Positions 12,010 through 24,558 of a DNA stretch of 64,000 nt are shown piece by piece. The stretch spans positions 62,001-126,000 of the forward strand of contig NIVC01000695.1 in assembly GCA_002269645.1 (NCBI GenBank). Direction: 5' to 3'. Source of the stretch: Macrostomum lignano. Taxonomy: Eukaryota. The notes beneath the pieces were generated by a model, which worked only from the letters and a program-made list of their open reading frames with translations, made no database searches and had not been told where the DNA came from. How positions within the stretch are numbered: position 1 is the stretch's first letter; every line of letters starts with the position of its first letter. The translations under genes and the position numbers were made by a program.

Positions 12010-15000
12010 TTAAACAGCTTGATAGAATCTCGTCTGTTTGACAGTACGACCCGATCGTGTCACATATGGCGCATTTGTGTCAGCATTGGTCGTTTGTCGG
12101 TTAGCATCTTCAGCAGGATTACTTGTTGTTGGATGCTCATGAGTTGGCTGAATTCCGGATGATGCAGTTGAATCTTTCAGATGACTCTCTGAGATATCTA
12201 CTGGTCGCTGTAGCGCTAGATGTTTCGGTATTGCAGACAGTCTGGAGTTCGCAACTCTGGGTGCTAAAAATCGTCGGTTCCTTCTGTAGCATTTACCATC
12301 AGCAGTTTGCACTTGGTACGATCGTTCTGGATCCGTATGATCCCGCGATTGAATTTCTGCTGGAATCCACTGTCTCTTGTCCTCGTACAACCAGACTTGC
12401 TCTCCAGTCTCCAGTGGCTTCAAATCCCTAGCTGTACTGTTGTAGCGAATCGCGTCCTTCCTTCGCATGGCGTTCAGTGTTTCCAAATCATTCTTCGTCC
12501 ATGTTCGTTTTGGTATCAATTCCAATATTGGTACAGGTAGTTCGTACCTCAATTTCCTTCCCATCAGTAGCTCTGCTGGGGTCGGTAACCCACGCTCAAT
12601 CGGAGTATTACGGTAGTGAAGCATTGCTTTTTCAAAGTCTTCATTCTTTCTCAAGAAGCATTTCACTGTTTGCACAGCTCGCTCCGCTAATCCATTGGAC
12701 TGTGGATATCTTGGTGATGATGTTACAAGCGCTATCCCGCTTGATTTAGCATATAATTGGAATGCGTTGGACGAGAATGGCGGTCCGTTGTCGCATCGCA
12801 ACTTCTCAGGTGTTCCGAATGTGGAGAAATATTTCTTTAATTGCAGGATAACAAACTCAGCTGTATTTGATCTTAATGGATCTGCACAGATCCATCGGCT
12901 GTATCTGTCCACTAAAACTATGAATTTTCGACCTTTAAAATCGAACAGGTCAGTCGCGCACTCTTGAAATGGATAATCAGGATGCGGACTTTTAATGAGT
13001 GTTTCTTTCTGTGGTCGGGATTGGCTGCTTTGGCAGGCATCGCATGCTGCTATGTAGTTCTGGATGTCCCGACGCATCTGAGGCCAGTATACCGATCCTC
13101 TTGCTTTTAGCAGTGTTTTTTCAATGCCTTGATGTCCTTCATGAATGATGTTCAAGAATTCGTGGCGCATGGTCAGTGGTATAAATATCTTCCTGGTTTT
13201 CATAATTAATCTGTCGTGCTCGGCTAAATCGTGACGAACATTCCAGAAAGGCTTTAGTTGTTCTGGCAATTGGTTTCTGAGTTCCGGCCAACCCTCGCGA
13301 ATGCGATTCTTGATCGCATGGCAAGTTGAATCTGCATATGTGTGTTCCTGGATCTTCTTAAGTAGGTCTTCCGGTAGACAAACCTTTTGGATACCCAAGA
13401 TTTGATTCTCAAGCTCGGAGTCTATGTCACTCGCCGAATGCACGGATTGCAAGAAAGCACGGCTTAATGTATCAGCCAAATAAAGATATCTTCCCGGTTT
13501 GTATTGCACGTCTAAGTCGAATTCTTGGATCTTGAGTATCAGACGTTGAATTCTAGCCGATAGTTCATCCATTGGCTTCTTCATAATATACTGCAGCGGT
13601 TTGTGGTCAGACTCGACGGAGACTCTACGTCCCCAGAGATACTGTCTGAACCTTCGACAGCCAAATACTATCGCAAGCATTTCCTTCTCTATCTGGGCAT
13701 ATTTCTTTTGAGCGGATGTTAGAGCTGATGATGCATACTCAATGACATGTCCTTCCTGCAGTAGTGCTGCTCCCAAGCCATCTTTGCTGGCGTCGACAGA
13801 TAAAATTAGGTCTTTATTCGGGTCAAATGGCGCAAGCACAGGTGCTTCGCAGAGGCACTGCTTGATTCCTTGATACGCCTTTTCTTGGTCGTTGGTCCAC
13901 ACCCATTAGGATTCTTTCTTCATGAGTTCCCTCAAAGGACTTGTCAGTGCAGAAAAGTTTGCTATGAATCTTGACAAGTAATTTGCACTACCAATAAACC
14001 GTTGGAGCTGCGCTTGCTTTTCAGCACGCTGTTCAAAACTGTTTGGGTGCGGCATTTCTTTGATGCTGTTTACTTTTTGTGGATCTACTTTCACACCTTT
14101 GTCAGTTAGTATGTGTCCAAGAAATCGAAGCTCGGTTTTGCCAATGCTCGTCTTTTGCCTGTTCAGAGTCAGGTTCTTTTTCCTGCATTGCTCCAAAAGA
14201 TTTCGAACTGCTTGGTCGTGCTCTTCCCGAGTCTTTCCCCATACTATGATGTCATCGATGTAGTTAGCAGATTTTTCTACTTGACTTGTCACTTCTTCTT
14301 TGATGCGCCTTTGGTAAGCTTCAGGTGCATCCTTTAGACCAAAAGCTAGTCGATTCCATTTGTAAACACCAAATGGAGTGTGAAATGCAGTAAGAAGTGA
14401 ACTTTCTTGATCCAACTGAACTTGATGGAAGCCAGACTTAGCGTCAAATGTTGAGAAGTATTTTGCTCCTGTCATCTCGCTAATCATCTCGTCATAAGTT
14501 GGAATGGGGTATCGATTTCTGACAATATCATCATTTAGATTCTTTGGATCTAAGCACAGTCTAATCGAGTTATCCTTCTTCCAGACGATAACAACATTGG
14601 ACACCCAATCTGCCGGCTGGTCGCATTTTGTTATTATTCCTTGGCTCTGCAAACGGTCAAGCTCTTCACGCAGGGGCTTCATAGCCGCAAATGGGACTTT
14701 CCTTGGGCCTTGGACTTTCGGTATTGCACCTTCTCTCAATGAAATGTGATGCGCTCCAGGCAGACATCCAATTCCTTCGAACACATCGCTGTATTCCTTA
14801 AAGATCTTTGATTCCGTCAGCACTTCTTTATCTGTAGTCTTTGTTACGTTGAGGATTTGAATCAGGCCTAATTTCTCAGCTGTGTCGGTCGCTAATAGAG
14901 GTGTATTGTCTTCCTCAATGATAGTGAATTCTACTGTATGCACGGTGTCTTTGTGTGAGAGTCGCAATTTAATCTTGCCCTTCACATTAAGCGTCTGATT

Positions 15001-15312
15001 GTTATATACTGATAGTCTGGTGTGGTCTTTTTCTAATGGGTTGTCTGTGATTGTTCTTAAACGTTTCTCGGACATGATATTCACATCAGCGCCGGTATCA
15101 ATTTTGTAGTTGACGATGTGTCCAAACTCAGTGTCTAGCGACACAACTGTTCTTGAAACGGCTTTCACTTCATTTCCATTATAGTAATTCATAGAATATT
15201 TACTTACATCCCATGCAGCAGCTTGGTAAGAATTCGATGTTTCAGTCACGTCAGTAAGCTCATCTTCAACTGTACGAATCTGTTTTGATTGTTTTTTTTC
15301 TCTTTCCGGCAC
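12010..15312 (-). CDS. Pol (aspartic protease, RT, RNase H, integrase) with one in-frame TAA at 13906-13908
   Basis: KIDTGADVN (protease), NYIDDIIVWG (RT), LSVDASKDGLGAALLQ and YAQIEKEMLA (RNase H), HEGHQG..CDAC (zinc finger), TDLF..CDNGPPF..SNGLAE (integrase). ORFs 13906-15312 and 12010-13902 are in the same frame. Confidence 0.95.
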
Positions 15313-16094
15313 ATGGCCTTAAAATGGTTCTTTTGTCCACAGTTCAAGCAGGTCTTGCCATAGGCACTGCAGTTGGTGTGACCAAATTTGTGGTTCCTGC
15401 CGCAGTATCTGCATGCCTGTTGTCCTGTAGGAGCCTTTCGTGAGATAGACTTGGACTTGGCTCTGGTTGATTGCTGCAACTTGTGATCAGGGTCTTTTAC
15501 AATTCGACTGACAGAGTTTCTGTTTTCACTCTTTATACCTGTCATCTGCCTGGCTTGCATCTTTGAAGCTTCGGTGGCACGGCACAGAACAATAGCCTTT
15601 TCCAGTGTCAGCTTCTCTTCCTCAAGGAGCCGTTCACGGAGTGCTGAATTATGAACCCCATATACTATCTGATCTCGAAGCATGGCATCGTCAATGCATT
15701 GCCCATTTTTAGGCTTTGAAAAACTGCATCGCTTTATTAACAATCGTAGCTCATTTATGAAGTGATCAAAATCTTCAAACTGCTCCTGCTTACGCATTCT
15801 AAACTTGTAGCGATCAAATGTTTCGCTGTCCAGAGGAATGCAGAATTTCTCGAATTTGTCGATGATGTCTTTGTGAGCAGAGTCAGTAGAGAGTTCGAAT
15901 GTCTCGAATATGTCCCTGCCTTCTTCACCGATGGCGGTCAGCAGAATCGCATTCTTCATGCTGTCAGCCTCCTTGTCGCGCTTTGTGGCGGTCATGTATA
16001 AATTGAATGCGCCGATCCATTTTCTCCAGCGTTCTGACTTGGCCTCATCGAATACCATGGGCCCTGGAGGTCGCAGTCCAGCTGCGTCGGACAT
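15246..16094 (-). CDS. Gag with two CCHC-type zinc knuckles
   Basis: ATG at 16094 (MSDAAGLRPPGPM), WRKWIGAFNLY, LRDQIVYGV..LRERLL, CRYCGRNH..C and CLNCGQKNHFKAMC, typical of Mag/K02A2.6-like gag. Confidence 0.93.
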   Translation of the reverse strand: MSDAAGLRPPGPMVFDEAKSERWRKWIGAFNLYMTATKRDKEADSMKNAILLTAIGEEGRDIFETFELSTDSAHKDIIDKFEKFCIPLDSETFDRYKFRMRKQEQFEDFDHFINELRLLIKRCSFSKPKNGQCIDDAMLRDQIVYGVHNSALRERLLEEEKLTLEKAIVLCRATEASKMQARQMTGIKSENRNSVSRIVKDPDHKLQQSTRAKSKSISRKAPTGQQACRYCGRNHKFGHTNCSAYGKTCLNCGQKNHFKAMCRKEKKNNQNRFVQLKMSLLT

Positions 16095-16147
16095 GCCGCT
16101 GTAGTTGCCACCAAAAACGACACACAAAGCAATTATCTAATTGGAGT

Positions 16148-16165
16148 CTTTTACCTCTGACACCA
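16148..16165 (-). promoter_or_regulatory. Primer-binding site, tRNA-Leu type (TGGTGTCAGAGG...)
   Basis: Immediately follows the CA end of the 5' LTR. TGGTGTCAG is complementary to the tRNA-Leu 3' end used by Mag-clade elements. Confidence 0.85.
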
Positions 16166-16307
16166 TGTTGTGTGTTTGAATGTATTAGGAGTATTCGCGC
16201 TTGGCGAGACTGTGGGCGCAGCCACACACCCTTTACAAGTATATTTGAGTTTGTCCATAGACAATAATTTATGCATGAATAAGAAACTAAAGCGGCTGGC
16301 TGCCACA
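16166..16307 (-). repeat. 5' LTR (142 bp) of Mag-like element
   Basis: Direct repeat of 11802-11941, followed by the PBS. Confidence 0.97.
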
Positions 16308-16766
16308 CCTAGCTCCGCCCCCACCTCAAACCCCATTCCCGCTCCAATCCCCGCTTCGACTAAACCCAAAAGACAACTCCCAAATAAGGAAGGCCAACCC
16401 CGCCGAAATCCCCAAAAATTAGTTGTGCCAGAATCAGTTGAATTTGAAGAATCATCTGATGAAGAAAAAAATAAATGGAGATGCCAATTAAGAGAAGAAG
16501 AGAATGAAGAGATAGAAGGTAACAATGAAGCTCAGTCAGACGATGAAGCCCAGACAGAGGAAGAAAATGAAAAAACCGATGAGTCAAAAAGCGAAGCATT
16601 GAATGAAGAAATCCCTCAACCCTTACCCCCCTCTCCTGCCTCGCTGGATCCCGAGCCCGCGCACACCCACCCCTACAATCTAAGGCGCCCAACCCAAGCC
16701 AAACACAGATGCGGCTGTCATCTAAAGCGCTTGATAACAGCCCTCAGTCTATTGCGCAATCTTTAA
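16308..16766 (+). pseudogene. Gypsy element B integrase C-terminal Pro/acidic tail (continuation after the Mag insertion)
   Basis: In frame with 11461-11801 after removing the insertion and one TSD. Ends with HPYNLRRP, a typical gypsy pol tail. Confidence 0.8.
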
Positions 16767-17290
16767 TTTTAACCTTTCTACCCTTCCCTCGCCGTCCCCG
16801 ATTGCACAAAAGACCCCAAATTTCACACAAAGAAAGAACTCCCCACGGGCAATGCCAATGTACAAGACCCCCTAGAAATATCGATCCAAACCAAAATTAC
16901 AGCCTAAAGAAGACAAAAAATCGAATGAGTCACGAAAATGAGGAATCTAAAAAACCAAGAACAAAGGGAATGATAAATAAACACTTCAACTGAGATTGCA
17001 CAACCAATTTAGCTCCCCACTGTTATCTCCTGCAATAGCTATCTTGAATTCCTTGCATCACTCCTGTAGAGATCTCCAGAGGCATTACAAGCAGACTACT
17101 GTAAGTAGCAACATAAAAATGCGAAAAACTTGAATGTTGTAAAAACTGCAAATTGTCACACTCTATTTTTAAAGACCACGAAAGCAACAAATGACCATCT
17201 TTTGCAACACTTAAATTTAGAACTCCGAATATGGTATTGACGCTCAAACCTAATGTATTCCATAGGGGCCAAATTTCCAAAGCGCTAAAC

Positions 17291-18941
17291 TGTCACCTAC
17301 TAAAAATAAGCTGTTTCTCAATAATTTTTCCTATAAATACAAGCCAAAATCCGAGCTAAAAATCTCAGACTCGGAGCAGCCTCAAAAGATCTTGGGACTC
17401 GGAGCAGCCTCTAAAGATCTTGGAGCTTGCTGGAACAGCTAAGCGAGGCTACATCTCTGAGAGAGAAGTAAACCAATTGGTGAGCCGTTGCTCGAGCCTT
17501 TGTTATTGATTTTGAGAGCGATTTATTGCCGGCCGCTACTGTCCAGTCGATTTGACTGAGTTCATTGGATTTGAGGCCTCCCATTTTCCTAAGGGATTGG
17601 ATAGGATCTGCGGACCGATTCCGATACCCTTAGAGGATTATCGATTGATTGATTTTGGTTATCCTAGATTAACCGATAGGAGCACACGACTCCGATTCCG
17701 TTATTTCTAGAAGAAGACGCCCTTCTTGGAGGACCTCGTGATTATTACAGAAAGTTGATTTTATTATAAGGGCGCATCGTTGATATTGATTACTGAGCTT
17801 AAGGCCTATATTGATTTGCATTCGAGAAATACTGCGACGTCGCCTGATTTGATCCTCACGCTCTCATTCGGCCGATTCAAGACTTCAAGAAGATTCCTCC
17901 GGAGAAGAAGATTTGAAGAAACGAGCTCGGAGAACCTGCACTACACAGAAGAGGAGCCCGCAACAGTAAGTGATCACTTTATTTTGTTCCCAGGCTTAAG
18001 TGTCTGGAAGTGGGAGTTTTCGGGAGACTGATCACCTCCCGAATCAACTCTTCACTCCCAATGGCTAATGAAGATGAATTGAAAAGGCTGCAGGATGAAT
18101 TAAGCCTCAGCCCTAGTAAAGGAGAAATATTTGATAGTGACACTGAGAATGAGCTTCCAGTTCCTGAACGTCAACAGACCCGGCCCAAACCTCCCGCCGC
18201 TAAGCCACGACCCTCATCTGTAGTCGTGCGCCCTCCATCCTCACCGGTGTGTCTGGCAATCGAATCCACTTAATGAGACAGCAGGCCAAAGCTCCGATTC
18301 CTGTTTCTCCAGCTATAGCTCAGCGCCAGCCTAAAGGCAGTAAGCCCACCATCACACTGCCACTGAGCGAGATTCCTAAGAAGAACGCAAAATGCCACCT
18401 GAGACCGCGCCAGTCCACCCCGGCTTCGCCACAACGCAACCCTGACCGACAGCCAAGATCCCCAATATGACGGTCACCGCCACCTCCCAAGGCTGCGTCA
18501 TCTAAAGCTCAGCCCCAAGCTGCTACGATCGAAGCCCCACCCCCACCCCTCATGCAGGGAGCAGCTGAATCGAATCCAATTGAAGAAATCGGCAGCGTGT
18601 ACAGCAAACTCATTGCTGCAATGACCAAATTAAGTCGCGGCAAGTATCGCCATCTGGTAGCCAATCTACAGCGCTATCTGGTGCATGTAGGACGATTCCG
18701 TCTGGATGGCCACCCCTTTCTGGTACGAGAAGACCTGCGTCTCACGATCCTGGCCTTGCGGCACATTTCAATCGCTTACGCTGTCGCTGCCTGGCAGCAT
18801 GCGGTCGCCTATTCCCTGCTTGAGCTGAATCATGGATGGGCCAACAGGGCCAATGTCTGCACTGAGACTCTATGGCTAGGCCTAGAGTGCGGCTGGCCAA
18901 TGGCTGACCGACTCCCGACAAAGATGGTGCAATATCTGTAA
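17291..18941 (+). mobile_element. LTR-like segment, PBS-like TGGTGAGCCG, leader and broken gag-like ORFs
   Basis: TGTCACC start, TATAAAT at about 17332, 28-bp tandem duplication at 17368-17423, TGGTGAGCCG at 17478-17487, then Pro-rich ORFs at 18010-18941. No partner LTR found. Confidence 0.5.
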
Positions 18942-19069
18942 AACATTGACTCTGAAGTTTAAATTTTTTGCGAACTTTACTACTAACTCACAAAAATACT
19001 CATAAAATACTCACTTATAAAATTGTATTCCTATTTTTTCCTTTAGGAAGGCCAGATGTGCCAGCGTTA

Positions 19070-20301
19070 TTTGGTTGTCAAGAAAGTTCTCAGCAATTCT
19101 CGAAAATTCTACGGCGTGGTTTAATGGAAAGTTCTAGAAACCTGGCGCGTGTGGGTATATATAGGGGGTGTGAGTGTGCATATTTTCCAGCTTTTCACTC
19201 ATCCAGCGACGATTAACATGGCAGTAAATAAGTCATTGCAAAAATCTTCTATTTGCATTTGCTTACTGTATGACTTTAAATCTGGCCTGAGCGGCTCCAA
19301 ATTCAGTTGCCGTATCAATGCTGCATTTGGCGAAGGTACTGTGTCTATGTCAACAGCCAACAACTGGTTTTGACGATTCTGCGCTGGCGACGAATCCATC
19401 AAAGATCAGCCACGATTGGATAGGCCTTCCGAAGTTGATGACGAAGAAATTGGCGACATGGTGGAAGCTGACCCGCATCTGACAACACGTGAAATAGTGG
19501 CTACCCTTGGGGTGTCTCATACAACCGTATTCAACAAACTGCGTGCCATTGGCAAGGTATCAAAACTTAACAAGTGGGTGCCCCACCACCTCAGCAACCG
19601 GCGGAGGTAGCAACTTCATTGCTCTCGTTCCAGCGTACCACAGCTTGGCTGGAGTCGATTGGGACTGGAGATGAGAAATTGGTACTCTATGTCAACGAGA
19701 AGCGCCGACAATCTTGGGTCTCTGAGAATCAACCACTGAAGTATCATCCAAAACCGGAGTTGCCTCCGCGAAAAGTCATGCTGCCTGCATGGTGGGACAG
19801 CAAAGGTATCCTATAGCTGCTTCCTCGCAACACCACTGTCACAGCCGAGGTCTACTGCCAACAACTGCAGAAGGTGGCTGAGAAAATCGACAAACTGCAT
19901 CCAGTGCACGGCAAAGTTCGTTTCCTTCACAACAACACCCGACCACATACGGCTAAGATGACCCACCAGAAATTGCTGCAACTGGGGTGGGAGATTCTCC
20001 CACACTCACCATATTCTCCCGACCTTGCACCATCTGATTACCACCTATTTTCGGCCATGAGCAACAGCCTGCACAGTCAGAGCTTTGTTGATGACAATGA
20101 AGTCAATCAATGGCTCAAAAACTTCTTTAAATCAAAGCCAGCTAGTTTCTATAGTAATGGTATCAAAAGTCTGCCAGAAAAATGGCAGAAGGTCATTGAC
20201 TCAGATGGGGACTATTTTGATATTTGATGCTATTCAGCATTTAAAAAAACTCGGGCTAATGGAACATTCTAGAATTTCCAAGAACTTTCTTGACAACCAA
20301 A
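19070..20301 (+). mobile_element. Mariner transposon (cecropia/Hsmar1-like), decayed, 1232 bp
   Basis: TIR TTTGGTTGTCAAGAAAGTTCT at both ends, TA TSD at 19068-69 and 20302-03. Motifs INAAFGEGTVS, DPHLTTRE, KWVPHHL, TGDEK, HNNTRPH (second D is N), YSPDLAPSDYHLF. Stops and frameshifts present. Confidence 0.95.
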
Positions 20302-22429
20302 TATTTTTGTAATATGTAAAGCCTATTTTTGTTGTTATTCATTACCGCCTTACAAATCATTATCAGCCTTATTCTTCAATTGCCTAGCTAAATACATTAT
20401 TTTTATTTCGTTTTCAATGTAAATCATTGTTTTTGTAATCAATGTTTTTAGAATCATTAAAAGTAAGTATACATAAGTAAGTAACATGTTTCCCTATGGG
20501 AATAAATGTTGAAAACCTGCAGACGCGCGCTTTAGAATAGAGTCAAATTATTTTCCCGCACTTTAGGATTATTAGAGATGTCCCGAAAGAGCAGTTTCCT
20601 TGAAATCAAAATTTGTTAACTTTCCAAACTCAAAATTGAAATTTTCCGAAATCAAAATGCAGAAAAACAAAGTTTAATATGACCAATACTCACTTTTTAC
20701 ATTCAATTTACTGCTTATGCAAAATGAAATACATGTATATGTAGCAGAAATTAGTACATATTTAGTGATTTGTAGAGGCTTCCAAATTTTTACTTCTAAT
20801 TTTATTCGAAATTGAAATTTGCTCTTAATAAAAATTCTAATTTTGGAAAATTCAAATTGAAATTTTGGAACATTTCTAAGCTTTATAAATTATAAGTGTA
20901 TAGGCCCCTTCCACAGAGGTATTAGATGACCCCTTTCCATGCATATGTATTTGCTAGAGCAGCAGCCAGCAAGAAAAGAAAATTTCAAAAGTGCGCCGGA
21001 CACAGTCCGCGGATTTACAACTTTTTCCTATAGGGACATGTTTTAATACTGTAATTTTACTATTATTAGTTTCTTTTATATATGTTTGTTTAAATTTGTC
21101 TGCCATTTTTATTAGTAGCTGTATAAATACAAGTAAAATATAAGGTAAAAGAAATAAAAGCTTGTGTTCTTGCGATCTCGCAAGTTTGCAATCTTCCGCT
21201 TCCGGTGAATGAACAGTTTGTTCTAAAAATAGAAGTGATTCAGCTTTCAGTCTTCCTTTCTTTCCCCAATAACCTCCCCTATTCCCTTGAAGCGCTAATC
21301 GCTTCTCCCCTCCCAGCAAACATTTCCCCTCCCCCTCGTTGAAAGAACTGTGTTCCCCTTGACCCCTCTCCCCCTAGTTGTATATACATTCAAGCCTCCC
21401 TCTCCCCTTCCCTAAACGCACAGGCCATCCAGTCTGCGCACTCCTAGCGACTTATCCCAAGTTCTAGACAATCCTTTCCCCTATACTCTTTCCCCATTAT
21501 GCCTATTCCTTACCTAATGTCAGCATTCCCTATTAGATATTGAAATTCCCCATTAGTGCATTTTACCAGGCAACTCTGATCCATTGCGTGCCCTCACTTG
21601 GACCAGTTTAGTAATTATAGATAGACAGTGTCTTGCCGCTTGGACACTCACGCTGCCAGGAGTAACTTTAAAGCATACTCTTTCTAGAAGTGATTTTTGC
21701 ATATTTTCTCCCTAAATCCTAAGAAACTCCCAAATATCCCCTGTAATAATCTTAATCTAGTATCAGCAATAGAATAAAATTAATAAACCCCAACCCCTAC
21801 AACAATTTGGTAACAGTAATATAATTATTAATGGAGAGCAAAAAGGTCTGTTAGACAAGGAAGAAGTAAGCATTTTTTTGCTTTGTGAGAGACTGATATT
21901 TACGTATGGCTATATAGGCAAAGACCACTGTAGTGCGAGAAGAAAGACTCAGCACTCACAAACTACAGAAAAATTTTTGAAGGCTGATTTTCCGCAGGCT
22001 TTGTGTCTGACTACCAGTGCGCCATTTGTGTGCAACCATATAAATTTGTGCTTTATTCATGCTTATTGCTTTGCTCATTTTTGATGCATGTTGTACATGT
22101 AATTACATGCATACATGTCATTTTTTCTATTATTTTTTTTCAATAAATGGCTACAAGCACTAGACTTTCAAGATTTTCAAGTACAAGACACCTCGTGCAA
22201 TATGCCATAATTGTGTTCAAAATTTGCCTATAAACCTTTACTTATGATTTTTCTACATTTTACCACGCACATGTCCGTATCATCTATATAGGCAGTATGT
22301 GCAAATATGCAGACTGTGTTATGGGAACTATCGTACCTGCTGCTCTGGTCTATTTAATTGCCTACTAAGAACCTCTTATCACAATGTATCACAGAAAAAA
22401 TCAGCAAGTAGAAGTAAGCTGTAGAGACG

Positions 22430-23000
22430 CAAACTCATACAATATACAAAAAGCATTAGATCTCACAGTGCACTACCTAGACTCCATACATTGGAGTGAC
22501 AGAAGAAAGCAACTGGCATTGAACTATACTGCCAAATTGAAGTAGGTAAAATGTACACGAGAAAGGGGGCTTTGAAATTTGCAAGGCATATTAACTGAAC
22601 TTATGTGCCTTTTTCTAATTTTAGTGAGCTCCTTGCTTCTTCAGCTGCTTTTATGTTTTTATGTTTCTCCCTGAGCAGATGGAGCACCTTAGGGATAGAA
22701 AGTTTAGAAGTCTAGTAAGAATGTGTACCTAGCAAAAGGATACATTTCATGTGGCATTCTGACCTGCTTATTTGGCGGCAATTTGTTTCTTGATAAGTGC
22801 ACTGTGTTGTTTACATGCACTGCGCAGAAATTGAGCGCCACTCGCTAGCACATTAAAAATATTGTGATTAATTTCATGGAAGAAATTGAGCAACCCATTT
22901 GCAGGTTCTGTGGCTTAGAGGAGCCCGCTGGCCAAAGGAAGCGAATCAAATAGGTAAATTAATGCAATGTAAAATGCCCATGCATTTTACATGTACATGT
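22430..23000 (+). pseudogene. Possible decayed Ulp1/C48 SUMO-protease plus PHD-finger relic (transposon-derived)
   Basis: Stop-interrupted single frame reads LTVHYLDSIHW..., KGYISCGILTCLF, then PICRFCGLEE...CNVKCPCILH. Recognised by eye only. Confidence 0.3.
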
Positions 23001-24127
23001 ACAACAGTAAGGGATTTAACCAGTTTGCAAGACCTTTTCTGCATCATTTTAGATTGAATGCCCTTCCTGCCTCTTTTGGTACCACAAAATCTGTTGGAAC
23101 AGCTGGAAAAGCACAGCAAATGTTTGCTCCAATTGCACCAGACTTGATGCATAAGATGCTGACTGTGTTGAATAAAGAAAAGGACAATGCAGTTATCGCA
23201 GATCAAGTCTAACGTAATATTTATGGGGTGCTTTATGTTTTGTTACACGAAATGTTTTGATGCTTATTTTCTGTAGTTGATTCTCCATTGCTGACAGGAT
23301 TGCTCCATTGTCTGAGTTGATAACATTAATTCTATTTGATTTTACTGACGTGCACTGTTTAGCAAAATGATCACTTTTGTCATTAAATGTTGTAAAATGT
23401 TGTAAAAACATTTGCTAGGTAATATCTTAGCTTGTGAAGCGTCTTTGTGTGTCTAAAGTGTCTTTTTAAAGCAGAGATATGCCTAAAACAGCTGTGCAAA
23501 TTTCATGCAGAAAGACCAAAGTGGGAAAATCTAGCAGCTTTTCAAAAACCTACTATATACAATATTCAGTATATTAGGAAATGCGTAACAACAGTTGCTA
23601 AGGAATATATCAGCTTGTGAAGCGTTTTTGTGTGTGTCTGATGTGTCTTTTTAAAGCAGAGACATATGTAAAAGTTTCTATAAATACACAGTATCTTGCG
23701 TAATATATAGACAATTTTGTTAAACATTTACTAAACAATTTCTAAATGTCTATCTAAATGTCTGTTGGGAAAACAAAACATGTTGTGGCAACCATTTTTT
23801 CCCACCAGGCTAGGTCATACCCCACTCCAATCATAGCCAATAGGAAATGAGGAAATATATATATATAGACCTACTCTTATCTAAGCAGCCACTCAGAGCT
23901 ATGGCCATCTTGGTTATGCGCCAATTTTGAGCCCCAAGGGCCAATTGGCAACTGAATTTCTTATTTTTAAAAAATCCAAGATACAACATTAATCCACAAT
24001 GAAAAAGCATATTTTAAACAAAATGAACTAGAATTTTGTATAGCAGTCGTTCTTCAATATATACAGATAAAATTATAAATGTATGATATGTATAGTCTGC
24101 ATAAAATATTGCAAAAGTACAATTCTT

Positions 24128-24558
24128 GGTAATCTTTCCTTACCCGACCATAAATTATTTTCGGTTTCCTGTTTCAGTTTCTTTTAATTTTTTTGGCTGA
24201 AGTTGTGTATATATGTGGGGCGCACATTTTAAGAAAAGAAACATTTTTTAATTTTAATTTGTTTTTAATTTTAGATTTTTTAATTTTTTTATTAATTTTT
24301 CTCTAAAATTATTTCTCATGTCTTTAACGTGTTTTCCGCATCCTTTTAGCAATGGCTGGTCGACCTCGAGCCCCAACAACCAGAAGCGGTCATTTTGAAA
24401 ATTTCATATACTGGGTCCGGCACTACTACCCATGCTGACTTTTACCCATGCTGACTTTTAGTTTTTACCATAAGCCCGTAAAAATATTTACATTTTAAAT
24501 ATAAAAAATTCGAAAAAAACTTAGAAAATAATTTACGGTCGGGTAAGGAAAGATTACC
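24128..24558. mobile_element. 431-bp MITE with 34-bp TIRs and 8-bp TSD, Merlin-like
   Basis: TIR GGTAATCTTTCCTTACCCGACCRTAAATTATTTT at both ends (1 mismatch). TSD CAATTCTT at 24120-24127 and 24559-24566. GGTAA fits the Merlin GGNRM terminus. Confidence 0.85.

Larger units (their letters stand above)
11802..16307 (-). mobile_element. Full-length young Mag-like Ty3/Gypsy retrotransposon (4506 bp) inserted into element B
   Basis: LTRs at 11802-11941 and 16166-16307 are TG...CA on the minus strand and identical except for a 2-bp TG indel. 5-bp TSD CCTAG at 11797-11801 and 16308-16312. The element B frame rejoins across the insertion (DSAP-S-SAPTSNP). Confidence 0.97.

Noticed and set aside
16170-16307. 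N-terminus of the 198-aa ORF 16170-16766 (and matching ORFs at 11762, 11649, 16045, 16151)
   Set aside because: Derived from the Mag LTR sequence read by chance; only the part after 16308 belongs to the element B pol tail
20954-21319. 121-aa minus-strand ORF and adjacent pyrimidine-rich tract
   Set aside because: No recognisable motif or consistent splice context
23193-23411. 72-aa minus-strand ORF (INSDNG motif) as a transposase fragment
   Set aside because: Too short and no family could be assigned with confidence
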